A stretch of 24,173 bases of DNA from Candidatus Nomurabacteria bacterium. Lineage in GTDB: Bacteria; Patescibacteriota; Minisyncoccia; Phycocordibacterales; CALRBL01. Both the position numbers and the translations under genes were made by a program. The stretch is from positions 1 to 24,173 of the forward strand of contig CALRBL010000001.1 in NCBI GenBank assembly GCA_943354075.1. The letters run 5' to 3'. Position 1 is the stretch's first letter. Each line of letters opens with the position of its first letter. The notes beneath the pieces were generated by a model. The model saw nothing but the letters and a program-made list of their open reading frames with translations, was not told the DNA's origin and did not search any database. Shown piece after piece: positions 14,647 to 22,907 of this stretch.

Positions 14647-15231
14647 ATGATATCCCGTATTTCAGGCGCCCTCATACAGCTCGAGCTCAAGTTCGCCATC
14701 ATCGACGTGGGAGGAATTGGCTACAAAGTATACGTCGGAGGCGAGTCTTTGGAGGCACTTGCCGGAAATCTTGGTCAGAATGTCTCTCTTTTCACCTACC
14801 TCGCTGTTCGAGAGAACGCCCTCGACCTCTATGGTTTCAAAAATCAAGAAACCCTCTCGATGTTCGAGATGCTCATCACTGTCTCAGGTATTGGACCAAA
14901 ATCCGCTATGGGCATCTTAGCAGTCGCATCCGAACACACCATCCGTGAAGCCATCGTAAACGAAGACACTTCATACCTCACCAAAGTCTCAGGCATTGGA
15001 AAGAAAAATGCCGAAAAGATCGTCCTCGAACTCAAAGGTAAGTTCAAAGATGACGATTACACCATCGGTTCCGGAAAAGATGTTACCAAAGAAGCACTTG
15101 CTGTGGATGCTCTCAAGTCACTTGGTTTCGACGAACGCGAAGCTCGTGATGCGGTGAAAAAAATGGACAAAGAACTCTCTGCGGAAGAAATGATCAGAGT
15201 TGCTCTTCGGGAAATAGGTACGAAACGATAG
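14647..15231 (+). CDS. ruvA: Holliday junction branch migration protein RuvA
   Basis: MISRISG, DVGGIGY, LYGF, VSGIGPKSA, KVSGIGKKNAEKIVLELKGK, ALKSLGF. Confidence 0.97.
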   Translation: MISRISGALIQLELKFAIIDVGGIGYKVYVGGESLEALAGNLGQNVSLFTYLAVRENALDLYGFKNQETLSMFEMLITVSGIGPKSAMGILAVASEHTIREAIVNEDTSYLTKVSGIGKKNAEKIVLELKGKFKDDDYTIGSGKDVTKEALAVDALKSLGFDEREARDAVKKMDKELSAEEMIRVALREIGTKR

Positions 15232-16054
15232 CCTGATAGGTTTTCTCTGCCATGTTCGTAGAGGTCTCATCAAATTTTTCTTTGCCAAAAATCGGCTCAT
15301 AAATATATCCGTATTCGATAAGGATTGCAGGAACATCGAGCGTGCCGTAGCGTCCCATCGCAATAAGTTCCTGCGCCTCAAGAACAGTTCCCTCTTCCGC
15401 CTTCAAAGTGCTTGGTTTGTATGATTTTTCAAGACTCTTTTTTACTTCTTCTGCAAATCCACGAGACTCAACAGAATTTGAAAATTGTTTTTCGGGAATA
15501 TAAATCGCGAATCCGGAATATTTACCAGGGATCTTTCGATTCTTTCTTGTATCGTCATTTATATGAAGATGCACGATAAAGTCCACACCATTTTCGTCGG
15601 ACCATTTGTTGATACCATAAAGATAGGTAGCAGCTTCTTTGGAAGCACTATTATGCTCCACACCTTTTACCTCAACAAGTTCTCCGCTGTCGACTTTTGC
15701 AATAGCCTCAACCTTCTTTTGATACTGCCAATCCATAATCTTATCCGCGTTCTCAAAATACAAAGAGAAAAGTGGATCGAACCCGTTTGCATCACGAGTC
15801 ATGACTGCTTCAAAACGTGAATCGGCTACAAGAAGTTCTCCTAACCTACGACCAATCTCGACAACAAGATCTCTTTCCTTACGATCTAGATATACTGCAC
15901 CGCCTGTTTCTGGTTCGTGTCCGGGGACTATCAAAATTCTGAAAGGTTTGTGAGGTTCGGGTTTTTGTTCTGAAAAGAAAGGAGTTGGGCTGGTAAAGGG
16001 GGCCAAGAGAAGTATCGCCAGGAGTGCGATGGCGAGAATATACAGCTTATGCAT
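15194..16054 (-). CDS. N-acetylmuramoyl-L-alanine amidase (Amidase_3) with N-terminal signal/anchor
   Basis: ILIVPGH, E(RDL), TRD, VHLHIN, ILIEYGYI: Zn ligands and catalytic Glu are present. Confidence 0.88.
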   Translation of the reverse strand: MHKLYILAIALLAILLLAPFTSPTPFFSEQKPEPHKPFRILIVPGHEPETGGAVYLDRKERDLVVEIGRRLGELLVADSRFEAVMTRDANGFDPLFSLYFENADKIMDWQYQKKVEAIAKVDSGELVEVKGVEHNSASKEAATYLYGINKWSDENGVDFIVHLHINDDTRKNRKIPGKYSGFAIYIPEKQFSNSVESRGFAEEVKKSLEKSYKPSTLKAEEGTVLEAQELIAMGRYGTLDVPAILIEYGYIYEPIFGKEKFDETSTNMAEKTYQAIVSYLFPEEQL

Positions 16055-16065
16055 AATGTCAGTAT

Positions 16066-17007
16066 ATGCCGGAATTACCCGAAGTCGAAACTACCGTCAG
16101 AGGACTACAGAAATACGCTGTCGGCAAGACGGTGGTTGATTGCTGGACCGATTACAACAGTGCATTCCACAAAGACAAGGAAAATATCAAGGACCCTCGG
16201 TATTTTGTGAGTTTTAAAAAGAAGTTGGTGGGTGCAAAAATAATTGGAGCAGACCGACGCGCAAAAAATATTCTCATTCATCTTTCAAATGGCTACACCC
16301 TACTCATACATATGAAGATGACGGGGCATGTTTTGTATGGAAAATACACCTTCGACAAAAAGAAGAAAAAAGATCCATGGACTCCCGCAACAGACAGTGG
16401 ACCTCTCGCCGATCCATTTAATCGCTTCATCCATTTTGTCATCACACTTGATGGGCATCACCTCGTACTTTCTGATATGAGAAAGTTTGCTAAAGTAACG
16501 CTCGTCGAAACATCTCTTCTCGATTCTTCCCTCCACACCGCACATCTTGGACCTGAACCGCTCACAAAAAGTTTTGATCTTAAAAAGTTTATCGAGCGTC
16601 TTTCAAAAAATACTAAGATGTCGAAGATGCCAGAGGGCCCCATCAAGTCAGCACTCATGGATCAAGAACTTATCGCGGGTATTGGGAATATTTATTCCGA
16701 CGAAATCCTCTGGCGAGCAAGTGTACATCCTGAATCACGTTTCTCCGCCATTCCCACAAAGCAGATATCCCTCATGTTCACCGCGATGAAAGAAACTCTG
16801 AAAAAAGGAATCGACTTTGGCGGGGACTCGATGTCCGACTATCGCAATCTCGATGGTGAGCGTGGAAAGTTTCAAGAACATCACGAAGCATATAGACGAA
16901 CAGGAAAACCGTGTAGAAAAAAAGGATGTAAAGGAACCATCGTTCGGAAAGTTATCCGTGGAAGAAGTGGGCATTTTTGTGACACCCACCAGAAACTTTT
17001 TTCTTAA
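16066..17007 (+). CDS. mutM: Formamidopyrimidine-DNA glycosylase Fpg
   Basis: MPELPEVET, RRAKNILI, HMKMTG, DMRKFA, LGPEPL, IAGIGNIYSDEILW, C-terminal zinc finger. Confidence 0.96.
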   Translation: MPELPEVETTVRGLQKYAVGKTVVDCWTDYNSAFHKDKENIKDPRYFVSFKKKLVGAKIIGADRRAKNILIHLSNGYTLLIHMKMTGHVLYGKYTFDKKKKKDPWTPATDSGPLADPFNRFIHFVITLDGHHLVLSDMRKFAKVTLVETSLLDSSLHTAHLGPEPLTKSFDLKKFIERLSKNTKMSKMPEGPIKSALMDQELIAGIGNIYSDEILWRASVHPESRFSAIPTKQISLMFTAMKETLKKGIDFGGDSMSDYRNLDGERGKFQEHHEAYRRTGKPCRKKGCKGTIVRKVIRGRSGHFCDTHQKLFS

Positions 17008-17474
17008 ATATTTAACATTCGAAAGATTGCGACCGCCCCCGCAACCGAAACATTCAGAGATTCTTTTTCTCCCATCATTGGGATTTCAAGAACAGCGTCA
17101 CACCTATCAAGCACATTTTCAGAAATCCCCGAAACTTCCGTACCCAAAAGAAGAACTGTCTTCCCTTTCATTTTGAATTCCTTGTAATCAATAGACTTTT
17201 CACTTTGTTCAAGTGCAACAATTTCATATCCTTCTTCACGTAGTTTTTTAAAAAGAGTTTCTGTATCGGAAACATATTCATACGAAACATTGTTTTCTGC
17301 GCCAAGCGATATTTTGACAAAGTCTGCACGAGCTCTGTTAAAGCGATCGATAGGAGTCGGAGTGGTACCCACAAGGAATATCTTTGAAATCCCCGCGCAA
17401 TCTGCGGTACGGAAAAGACTGGCAGTATTTTGCACACTTCGTATATCAACAAGAGCGATTGAAATTTTCTCCAT
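17004..17474 (-). CDS. TrmH/SpoU-family RNA 2'-O-methyltransferase
   Basis: IRSVQNTASLFRTADCAG, LLLGTEVSGI, IPMMGEKESLNVSVA. Confidence 0.93.
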   Translation of the reverse strand: MEKISIALVDIRSVQNTASLFRTADCAGISKIFLVGTTPTPIDRFNRARADFVKISLGAENNVSYEYVSDTETLFKKLREEGYEIVALEQSEKSIDYKEFKMKGKTVLLLGTEVSGISENVLDRCDAVLEIPMMGEKESLNVSVAGAVAIFRMLNI

Positions 17475-17492
17475 ATGCCGTATACTAGCATC

Positions 17493-17882
17493 ATGTTATC
17501 GATTGTCACTCCATTTCCCTTTCTTCTCGATTTTTCTTTCTTTGCGCCACTTCTCTTGCGACTTACACTTGGTATTTATGTGCTTGCGATAGGGTTTTCG
17601 GCAAAACATAAAGCTGATGTAGAAATACCTGTCGAACTTTCTCCACTTCATGTCGCATACCGTGCCCTCTTTATCGCAGCCGGCATTTCTCTCATCATCG
17701 GTATCTACACACAAATCGGAGCCATTGTAGTAGTAGTACTTCTTATGATTGCAGGCATTTCTGACAAACGAGCGCGCATCACCACCGAGCTCAATCGAGC
17801 AGAACTTTCACTTCTTCTCGTCATCGCACTTTCTTTGATGATAACGGGGGCAGGAGCATTTGCCCTCGATCTTCCTCTCTAA
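17493..17882 (+). CDS. DoxX-family membrane protein
   Basis: LLLRLTLG, GISLIIGIYTQIGA, GAGAFALD. Start 17493 has TATACT 6 nt upstream. Confidence 0.8.
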   Translation: MLSIVTPFPFLLDFSFFAPLLLRLTLGIYVLAIGFSAKHKADVEIPVELSPLHVAYRALFIAAGISLIIGIYTQIGAIVVVVLLMIAGISDKRARITTELNRAELSLLLVIALSLMITGAGAFALDLPL

Positions 17883-17892
17883 TTTAGAATTG

Positions 17893-17920
17893 TTGAAATA
17901 AAGCACTGTTGTGATAAAGT
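17893..17920 (+). promoter_or_regulatory. Putative promoter of tRNA-Lys
   Basis: TTGAAA-16 nt-TAAAGT with TGn extended -10, 30 nt before the tRNA. Confidence 0.45.
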
Positions 17921-17950
17921 GTCAAAATAAACGTTTTTCAAAACGATTTT

Positions 17951-18023
17951 GCGCCCGTAGCTCAGTCGGTAGAGCAGCTCCCTTTTAAGGAGATGGTCGT
18001 AGGTTCGATTCCTACCGGGCGCA
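17951..18023 (+). tRNA. tRNA-Lys(UUU)
   Basis: GCGCCCG/CGGGCGC-A, GCTC-AGTCGGTA-GAGC, loop CTTTTAA, GTAGG-TTCGATT-CCTAC. Confidence 0.96.
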
Positions 18024-18035
18024 CCCTTTACAAAA

Positions 18036-18752
18036 TCAAAGTCCCAACCCCCATCTTTCCATCTCAACCCACAGATCCTTCTCTCCTCGATGCGCATCGT
18101 GATACATGGAAACCAAATCAGAAAGCATCACATCTACTTGTTCGTCTGAAAAGTTTCCGGAGGCCGCTTTTGCCTTACTAAAAACAAATGGAGATAGTTC
18201 CGCTTCTTTAGCATCTTTTGAAACACTCGCTACTTTCAAAGCTTTCATTTGCCACCATATAATACCGTGAATCTCTTCGGCGGCATTTCCTTTTTTCTTG
18301 GCCTCCATAAGAAGCATCCACAGTCGTTTCTTGTCACGAGAAAGAAGTGCGTCGGAAACTGCAAATGGATTGTATTCTTTTTTCTTGATTTTTTCTGCAC
18401 CAGAGAATTCTTGCACTTTCTCGGCATATTTTTCCATCTTGGTGAGAGTCTTCTTATCAATCTCCTTCTCGAGGAATATGAAAATATTTTCAGATTCTTT
18501 AATTTCTTGAAGTCCTTCAACTATTTCTTCTTTAATGTCTTTGGATTCAAAAATATTGTCATAGAACACAATATACTTTGAAGCAAAAAGTCCCTGCCCT
18601 GCAACAAGTGATGAAATAGGATTCTCAGAATAGTTTCCTGTGGTGATGCGATAGAAAAGCGCGTCAGGCTTTTTCTTTTGAAGAGCATCAGTAAGAGCGC
18701 GCGTCTTGTCGCGAGCTTTTTCGTAATCAGTGCCGTGCATTAGATAAATCAT
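18036..18752 (-). CDS. holA: DNA polymerase III delta subunit (HolA)-like, short form
   Basis: MIYLMHGTD start, AGQGLFASK (cf. SLF), C-terminal PFAVSDALL and LSPFVFSKA; ATGA overlap with polA. Confidence 0.75.
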   Translation of the reverse strand: MIYLMHGTDYEKARDKTRALTDALQKKKPDALFYRITTGNYSENPISSLVAGQGLFASKYIVFYDNIFESKDIKEEIVEGLQEIKESENIFIFLEKEIDKKTLTKMEKYAEKVQEFSGAEKIKKKEYNPFAVSDALLSRDKKRLWMLLMEAKKKGNAAEEIHGIIWWQMKALKVASVSKDAKEAELSPFVFSKAKAASGNFSDEQVDVMLSDLVSMYHDAHRGEKDLWVEMERWGLGL

Positions 18753-21202
18753 AGATGGGCATCTTCAAGGGCACTTGAAGATGCCCATCTCTCCAGCTCT
18801 CCCCAATTATTTCCCGTAGAACCATTCACCACAATTGGAACACCTTTCGATTCCTCGAGAGTGAGAACGTCTTCCATAATCTTTTTTATTTCTGGTACTA
18901 CTTTTTCTTTCACACTCTCGTGAATTTCGAGATCGAGCTCATCGTGAACTTGAATGAGCAAAAACACTTTGTCCTCGAGTTTGTTTTTACGAATATATGC
19001 ATCAATACGCACCATCGCCACTTTTATAAGATCTGCCTGAGTTCCTTGGATCGGTGCATTCACCGCCATACGTTCTGCAGATGCACGCATAAATGGCAAT
19101 TTTGATTTGATCTCAGGAAAATAGCGACGACGACCAAAAAGCGTCGTGGTGTAACCGATTTCTTTTGTAATCACTTTCACCTTCTCGATCCATTCTGCGA
19201 GCTTGGGGTAAGTATTAAAATAATCACAAATAAAATTTTCCGCTTCTTCTTTAGAGCTCCCAAGATTCGAACGAAGCGCGTTCACCCCCATTCCGTACAA
19301 AATACCGAAGTTGATCACTTTTGCTTTGCGACGCATATCACTCGTCACTTCATCCAGTGGAACCTTGAATACCTGAGATGAAACAGCGCTGTGCACATCG
19401 AGCCCTTCTTTGAAAATACTGATGAGTTTTTCATCATCTGCGAGAAAGGCCGCAATACGAAGTTCAAACTGTGAGTAGTCGAATGATGCAAAAGCAAACC
19501 CATCTTCCGCCACAAACGCATTGCGAATAGCCCGTCCAAGCTCGCTCTTGATCGGGATATTTTGAAGATTTGGATTGATAGATGCCATACGCCCTGTCGC
19601 TGCTCCCATTGCCAAAAAGCGTGTATGTAAGCGACCATTCTCATCAGCTAATTTAGGAATACTGTCTATATATGTAGAAAGAAGCTTGGCGAGTTCTCGA
19701 TACTCCAAGATGAGTGCAATGATGGGATGACTGTCCTTCAATTTCAAAAGTTCGGACTCTTTGGTACTCCGCGCACCACCTGAAGTTTTCTTCATACCTT
19801 TGACGGTCAGATTGAGTGTATCGAACAAAACTTCTCCGAGTTGTTTAGGAGATTTGATATTGAACTCGGTGCCCGCGTGTTTGTAGATATCTTTTTCGAG
19901 TTGATCGAGGGTGGTGTGATATTTTTTTGAAAGATTCTTCAGATATTTTTTATCAATCTTTACTCCGCGTTCTTCCATTCTTTCGAGAACAGGAATGAGC
20001 GAAAGTTCGAGATCATATATCTTTTTAAGACCATCTAGATCGATTCTTTTCTTGAGAGCTTCAACGGCTTTCTCTTCATCAGACTCATTCGCAACATCAA
20101 GAAGGTCGCTGTGTTTTGGATCAGCGACTGTCGAGTCTACCACCGACACAAGCACCGCAACTTCTTTTGAAATTGGAATTTCTTTTGCATCGTATCCCTT
20201 GTCACCACTTCCCTGTATCTCTTCTGCATCATACGAAAGCCCTACTACTTTTTTTCCTTTCTTCGAAGTTACCGTTTTTTCATCAAGTGATTCTTTCAAC
20301 TTGATACCGAGTGTTCTGAATTCAAACTTTTTAAATATTCCTTCTGCTTTTTCGATATCGATATTTTCTCGAAATGTTTTTTCTGGAAAAACAAAATCTA
20401 TAGGAGCATCGCGACGAATAGTTGCGAGCATTTTGGAAAACAACGCTTCTTCTTTACCTTCTTTTAATAATCCAAGAATTCGATCAGTGATTCCTGCTTT
20501 CTTGAAAGAGGCAAAATTATCTTTCTCATCCTTCGCGAGTGCTTCATATATACCTTCGATAGATCCAAACGTAGTGATCAAAATTGTCGCAGTCTTTTCT
20601 CCAATTCCTTTTATACCCGGAATGTTGTCGGAAGGATCTCCACGAAGCCCTTTGTAATCGGGAATCATTTCAGGACCAAAACCGAATCGTGCGAGCACGG
20701 CTTTTTCATCGTACAAAATAGTATCTTTGATTCCCTTCTTCAGAGTGAAGACTTTTACTTTTTCACCATCAACAAGCTGAAGTGTGTCCATGTCACCCGA
20801 TGCAATAATAATTTCTACATCTTTCCGGTCCTTCAAAAGTTCGACAATCGTTCCAAGCATGTCGTCCGCTTCAAAACCTGCTTTGTCATATATTGGAATA
20901 CTGAGAGCATCGAATATTTCACGAGAAGTGTTGAGTTGGGTGATGAGAGGGCTCTCAAGTTCTTTTCGTGTTCCTTTGTATTCTGCGTACACATCATGGC
21001 GATGAGTCTTCCCCGCCAAGTCATAGCAAGAAATGATGTAGTCCGGATTGAACTCCGAAACAATACGCAAAAGCATGGTAGAAAGCCCATACAAGGCTCC
21101 CGTTGGCTCACCTGAAGCCGTCGCAAAATCCGGCAAGGCATGATACGCACGGTGAATAAGAGCATGGCTGTCTATGAGGACTAGTTTTAGAGGTGTCTTC
21201 AT
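18749..21202 (-). CDS. polA: DNA polymerase I (5'-3' exonuclease + polymerase; 3'-5' exo region reduced)
   Basis: EADD, SGDMD, GDPSDNIPGIKGIGEKTA; TGRMASINPNLQNIP, DYSQFELR, RRKAKVINFGILYG, QVHDEL. Confidence 0.97.
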   Translation of the reverse strand: MKTPLKLVLIDSHALIHRAYHALPDFATASGEPTGALYGLSTMLLRIVSEFNPDYIISCYDLAGKTHRHDVYAEYKGTRKELESPLITQLNTSREIFDALSIPIYDKAGFEADDMLGTIVELLKDRKDVEIIIASGDMDTLQLVDGEKVKVFTLKKGIKDTILYDEKAVLARFGFGPEMIPDYKGLRGDPSDNIPGIKGIGEKTATILITTFGSIEGIYEALAKDEKDNFASFKKAGITDRILGLLKEGKEEALFSKMLATIRRDAPIDFVFPEKTFRENIDIEKAEGIFKKFEFRTLGIKLKESLDEKTVTSKKGKKVVGLSYDAEEIQGSGDKGYDAKEIPISKEVAVLVSVVDSTVADPKHSDLLDVANESDEEKAVEALKKRIDLDGLKKIYDLELSLIPVLERMEERGVKIDKKYLKNLSKKYHTTLDQLEKDIYKHAGTEFNIKSPKQLGEVLFDTLNLTVKGMKKTSGGARSTKESELLKLKDSHPIIALILEYRELAKLLSTYIDSIPKLADENGRLHTRFLAMGAATGRMASINPNLQNIPIKSELGRAIRNAFVAEDGFAFASFDYSQFELRIAAFLADDEKLISIFKEGLDVHSAVSSQVFKVPLDEVTSDMRRKAKVINFGILYGMGVNALRSNLGSSKEEAENFICDYFNTYPKLAEWIEKVKVITKEIGYTTTLFGRRRYFPEIKSKLPFMRASAERMAVNAPIQGTQADLIKVAMVRIDAYIRKNKLEDKVFLLIQVHDELDLEIHESVKEKVVPEIKKIMEDVLTLEESKGVPIVVNGSTGNNWGELERWASSSALEDAHL
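18753..18790. repeat. Perfect 17-bp palindromic hairpin at the polA 3' end
   Basis: AGATGGGCATCTTCAAG-GGCA-CTTGAAGATGCCCATCT. Confidence 0.9.
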
Positions 21203-21666
21203 TATATGCCCATCATATCAGGAAACTCGACAGTACGAATATGCTCGGAAACGAAAGAAAAACGAATGATTGGAGTAGTCGGTGGAAGTGCTTCAATGAC
21301 TCTTTCTGGCCATTCAACGAGAATGAGATGTGAAGGATCTTCAAGATCTCGCTCGAATCCAATAGCATTGAGTTCCTCTCCCGACTCGAGTCGATATGCG
21401 TCTATATGTATGAGCACTTTGAAAGGAAAATCTTCTCCTGCAACACGAGCGTCTATGGGATATCTTTTTTCTATAACAAAAGTGGGGCTGGTGACATGTT
21501 CAGATATACCAAGAAGCTCAGCAATACATTTTGTAAAAGCTGTTTTCCCAGAACCAAGATCTCCAGAAAAACCAAAGGTGTTTGAAGTAGGTTGTGCGCA
21601 AAGATATGCAACAAAAAGTTCTGCAACTTTTTTCGTATCAGAAAGAGAATGTGAAATATGAATCAT
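21202..21666 (-). CDS. tsaE: tRNA threonylcarbamoyladenosine biosynthesis ATPase
   Basis: GDLGSGKTAF, VTSPTFVI, HIDAYRL, LVEWPE. Confidence 0.95.
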   Translation of the reverse strand: MIHISHSLSDTKKVAELFVAYLCAQPTSNTFGFSGDLGSGKTAFTKCIAELLGISEHVTSPTFVIEKRYPIDARVAGEDFPFKVLIHIDAYRLESGEELNAIGFERDLEDPSHLILVEWPERVIEALPPTTPIIRFSFVSEHIRTVEFPDMMGI

Positions 21667-21680
21667 GTGGGGAGTATATA

Positions 21681-21716
21681 AAAAAACAGGCCGATGCGCG
21701 AACGCACCGGACTGTT
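21681..21716 (-). terminator. Probable terminator of the Gly-rich gene
   Basis: Imperfect AACAG-CCG-TGCG/CGCA-CGG-CTGTT hairpin with a T-run on the minus strand. Confidence 0.5.
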
Positions 21717-21749
21717 GTATTTTTTTGGGGGAATACCCCCGAATGAACT

Positions 21750-22907
21750 TTAGCGACCACCGCGGCTGTTGCGCATAGCAGAGAGAACTCCTCCTCCGCC
21801 ACCACCACTGCGCGATCCGCCGCCGGAACCAGAGGTGGTGGTAGTACGTTGCCCCCCACCACCGCGGCTGTTGCGCATAGCAGAGAGAACTCCTCCTCCG
21901 CCACCACTGGAACCGTTTCCTGTGGGGCGATATCCATTTGGATCGACCGCCGCGTTCCCCCCCTGCGGGAAGACGAGGCCAGACCCATTGCCGGGTGCGC
22001 GGATGCGCTCGGCAACAGAATTCGGGCCTAGCGGAGGAGGCACTCTTGGTGGACGACTCCCCGAAGGACCACTGGTGGTACCAGAGGTGCCACCAGTGCC
22101 ACCGCCGAAGTTGGCGTTGAGGCCGTTTGAACTGGAGGTCGTGTTCGTGTTCGTGGCATTGAGGTAGTTATCAATCTTGATGTTGATGTCTTGGTCCTGC
22201 CGTGACTGCTGATGCTGATTGCCCCCAGTATAACTGCTGTGATTTCCCCCCGAGTTACCCCAGGAGTAGCCGCCGCCACGTTGTGGTTCGCAATAAGGGC
22301 GAGGGCGGGGTACTGGCTCGCAGTAGGGTTCCGACTGCCGGTACACAACCCGCTGCGGGTAGTATTGCGGCGGCTCGATCCAGTTGCTGCGAGTCTCGCA
22401 GTGTTGCTGACGACCCGAATCCCAACCCCACCCTTGCTGACCGCTTTGGGAGAGGTTGACATCAACATGAAGGTTGATCAAGCTTCCGAGAAATGCCGTG
22501 GCTTGCTTGAAAAAACCCGGACGAGGAGGGTCAGGAGGAGACAACTTGCCCACATGGGGTTTCGGAGGCTCTTCACGATCATCGTCAGGAGGCACAGGGT
22601 TCTTGGTTTTCTTTCCGCCACCTTCCCAGATGGCGATGACGCCCGTGAACTCATCGGTGTCCATTTCTTTGGCGAAATCCTTCGCCTCTTTGTAGTCGAG
22701 CCGCGCACCGTCTTCCCCTTGTTTCCGGTCCAGCGAGTCTTTAATACTGGTCCCTTTGGGGGTGAAGATGTAGGTGACATCATCGATCTCTCGGGTGGCC
22801 TTAGCGGCCGCATCCCAAGTGTTGTATTTTTTGACCTCCGCGTTTGCGGGGCCGACGAACAGGGTGCTCATGATGAGCGCGAGGACGAGGGTGAGGTTGG
22901 TTTTCAT
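21750..22907 (-). CDS. Secreted low-complexity Gly/Ser/Pro/Gln-rich protein
   Basis: Start MKTNLTLVLALIMSTLFVGPANA|E (Sec signal, AxA site); GC-rich; GS-rich tail. No family recognised. Confidence 0.7.
   Translation of the reverse strand: MKTNLTLVLALIMSTLFVGPANAEVKKYNTWDAAAKATREIDDVTYIFTPKGTSIKDSLDRKQGEDGARLDYKEAKDFAKEMDTDEFTGVIAIWEGGGKKTKNPVPPDDDREEPPKPHVGKLSPPDPPRPGFFKQATAFLGSLINLHVDVNLSQSGQQGWGWDSGRQQHCETRSNWIEPPQYYPQRVVYRQSEPYCEPVPRPRPYCEPQRGGGYSWGNSGGNHSSYTGGNQHQQSRQDQDINIKIDNYLNATNTNTTSSSNGLNANFGGGTGGTSGTTSGPSGSRPPRVPPPLGPNSVAERIRAPGNGSGLVFPQGGNAAVDPNGYRPTGNGSSGGGGGVLSAMRNSRGGGGQRTTTTSGSGGGSRSGGGGGGVLSAMRNSRGGR
21756..21907. repeat. Two identical 50-bp in-frame direct repeats
   Basis: 21756-21805 is identical to 21858-21907 (offset 102); encodes GGGGVLSAMRNSRGG twice. 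Confidence 0.9.

Noticed and set aside
14647-15231. ruvA without adjacent ruvB/ruvC, and its 38-nt convergent overlap with the amidase
   Set aside because: Split ruv genes and short 3' overlaps are ordinary in streamlined genomes.
3109-18023. tRNA introns, with the nuclease ORFs as intron-encoded proteins
   Set aside because: All seven tRNAs are contiguous with 7-nt anticodon loops; the ORFs lie upstream, not inside.
6974-18023. Single mismatches in anticodon stems (Val A27-A43, Lys G27-A43, Arg-UCU A31-G39) as pseudogene signs
   Set aside because: The rest of each cloverleaf is canonical and such terminal mismatches are tolerated.
19995-20657. 220-aa plus-strand ORF inside polA, and similar nested ORFs elsewhere
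   Set aside because: Ser/Phe-rich antisense translations with no motifs or expression signals.
21756-21907. 50-bp repeat as a DGR template/variable pair or mini-CRISPR
   Set aside because: Only two copies, fully identical (no adenine-specific differences), in frame within one ORF, and no reverse transcriptase nearby.
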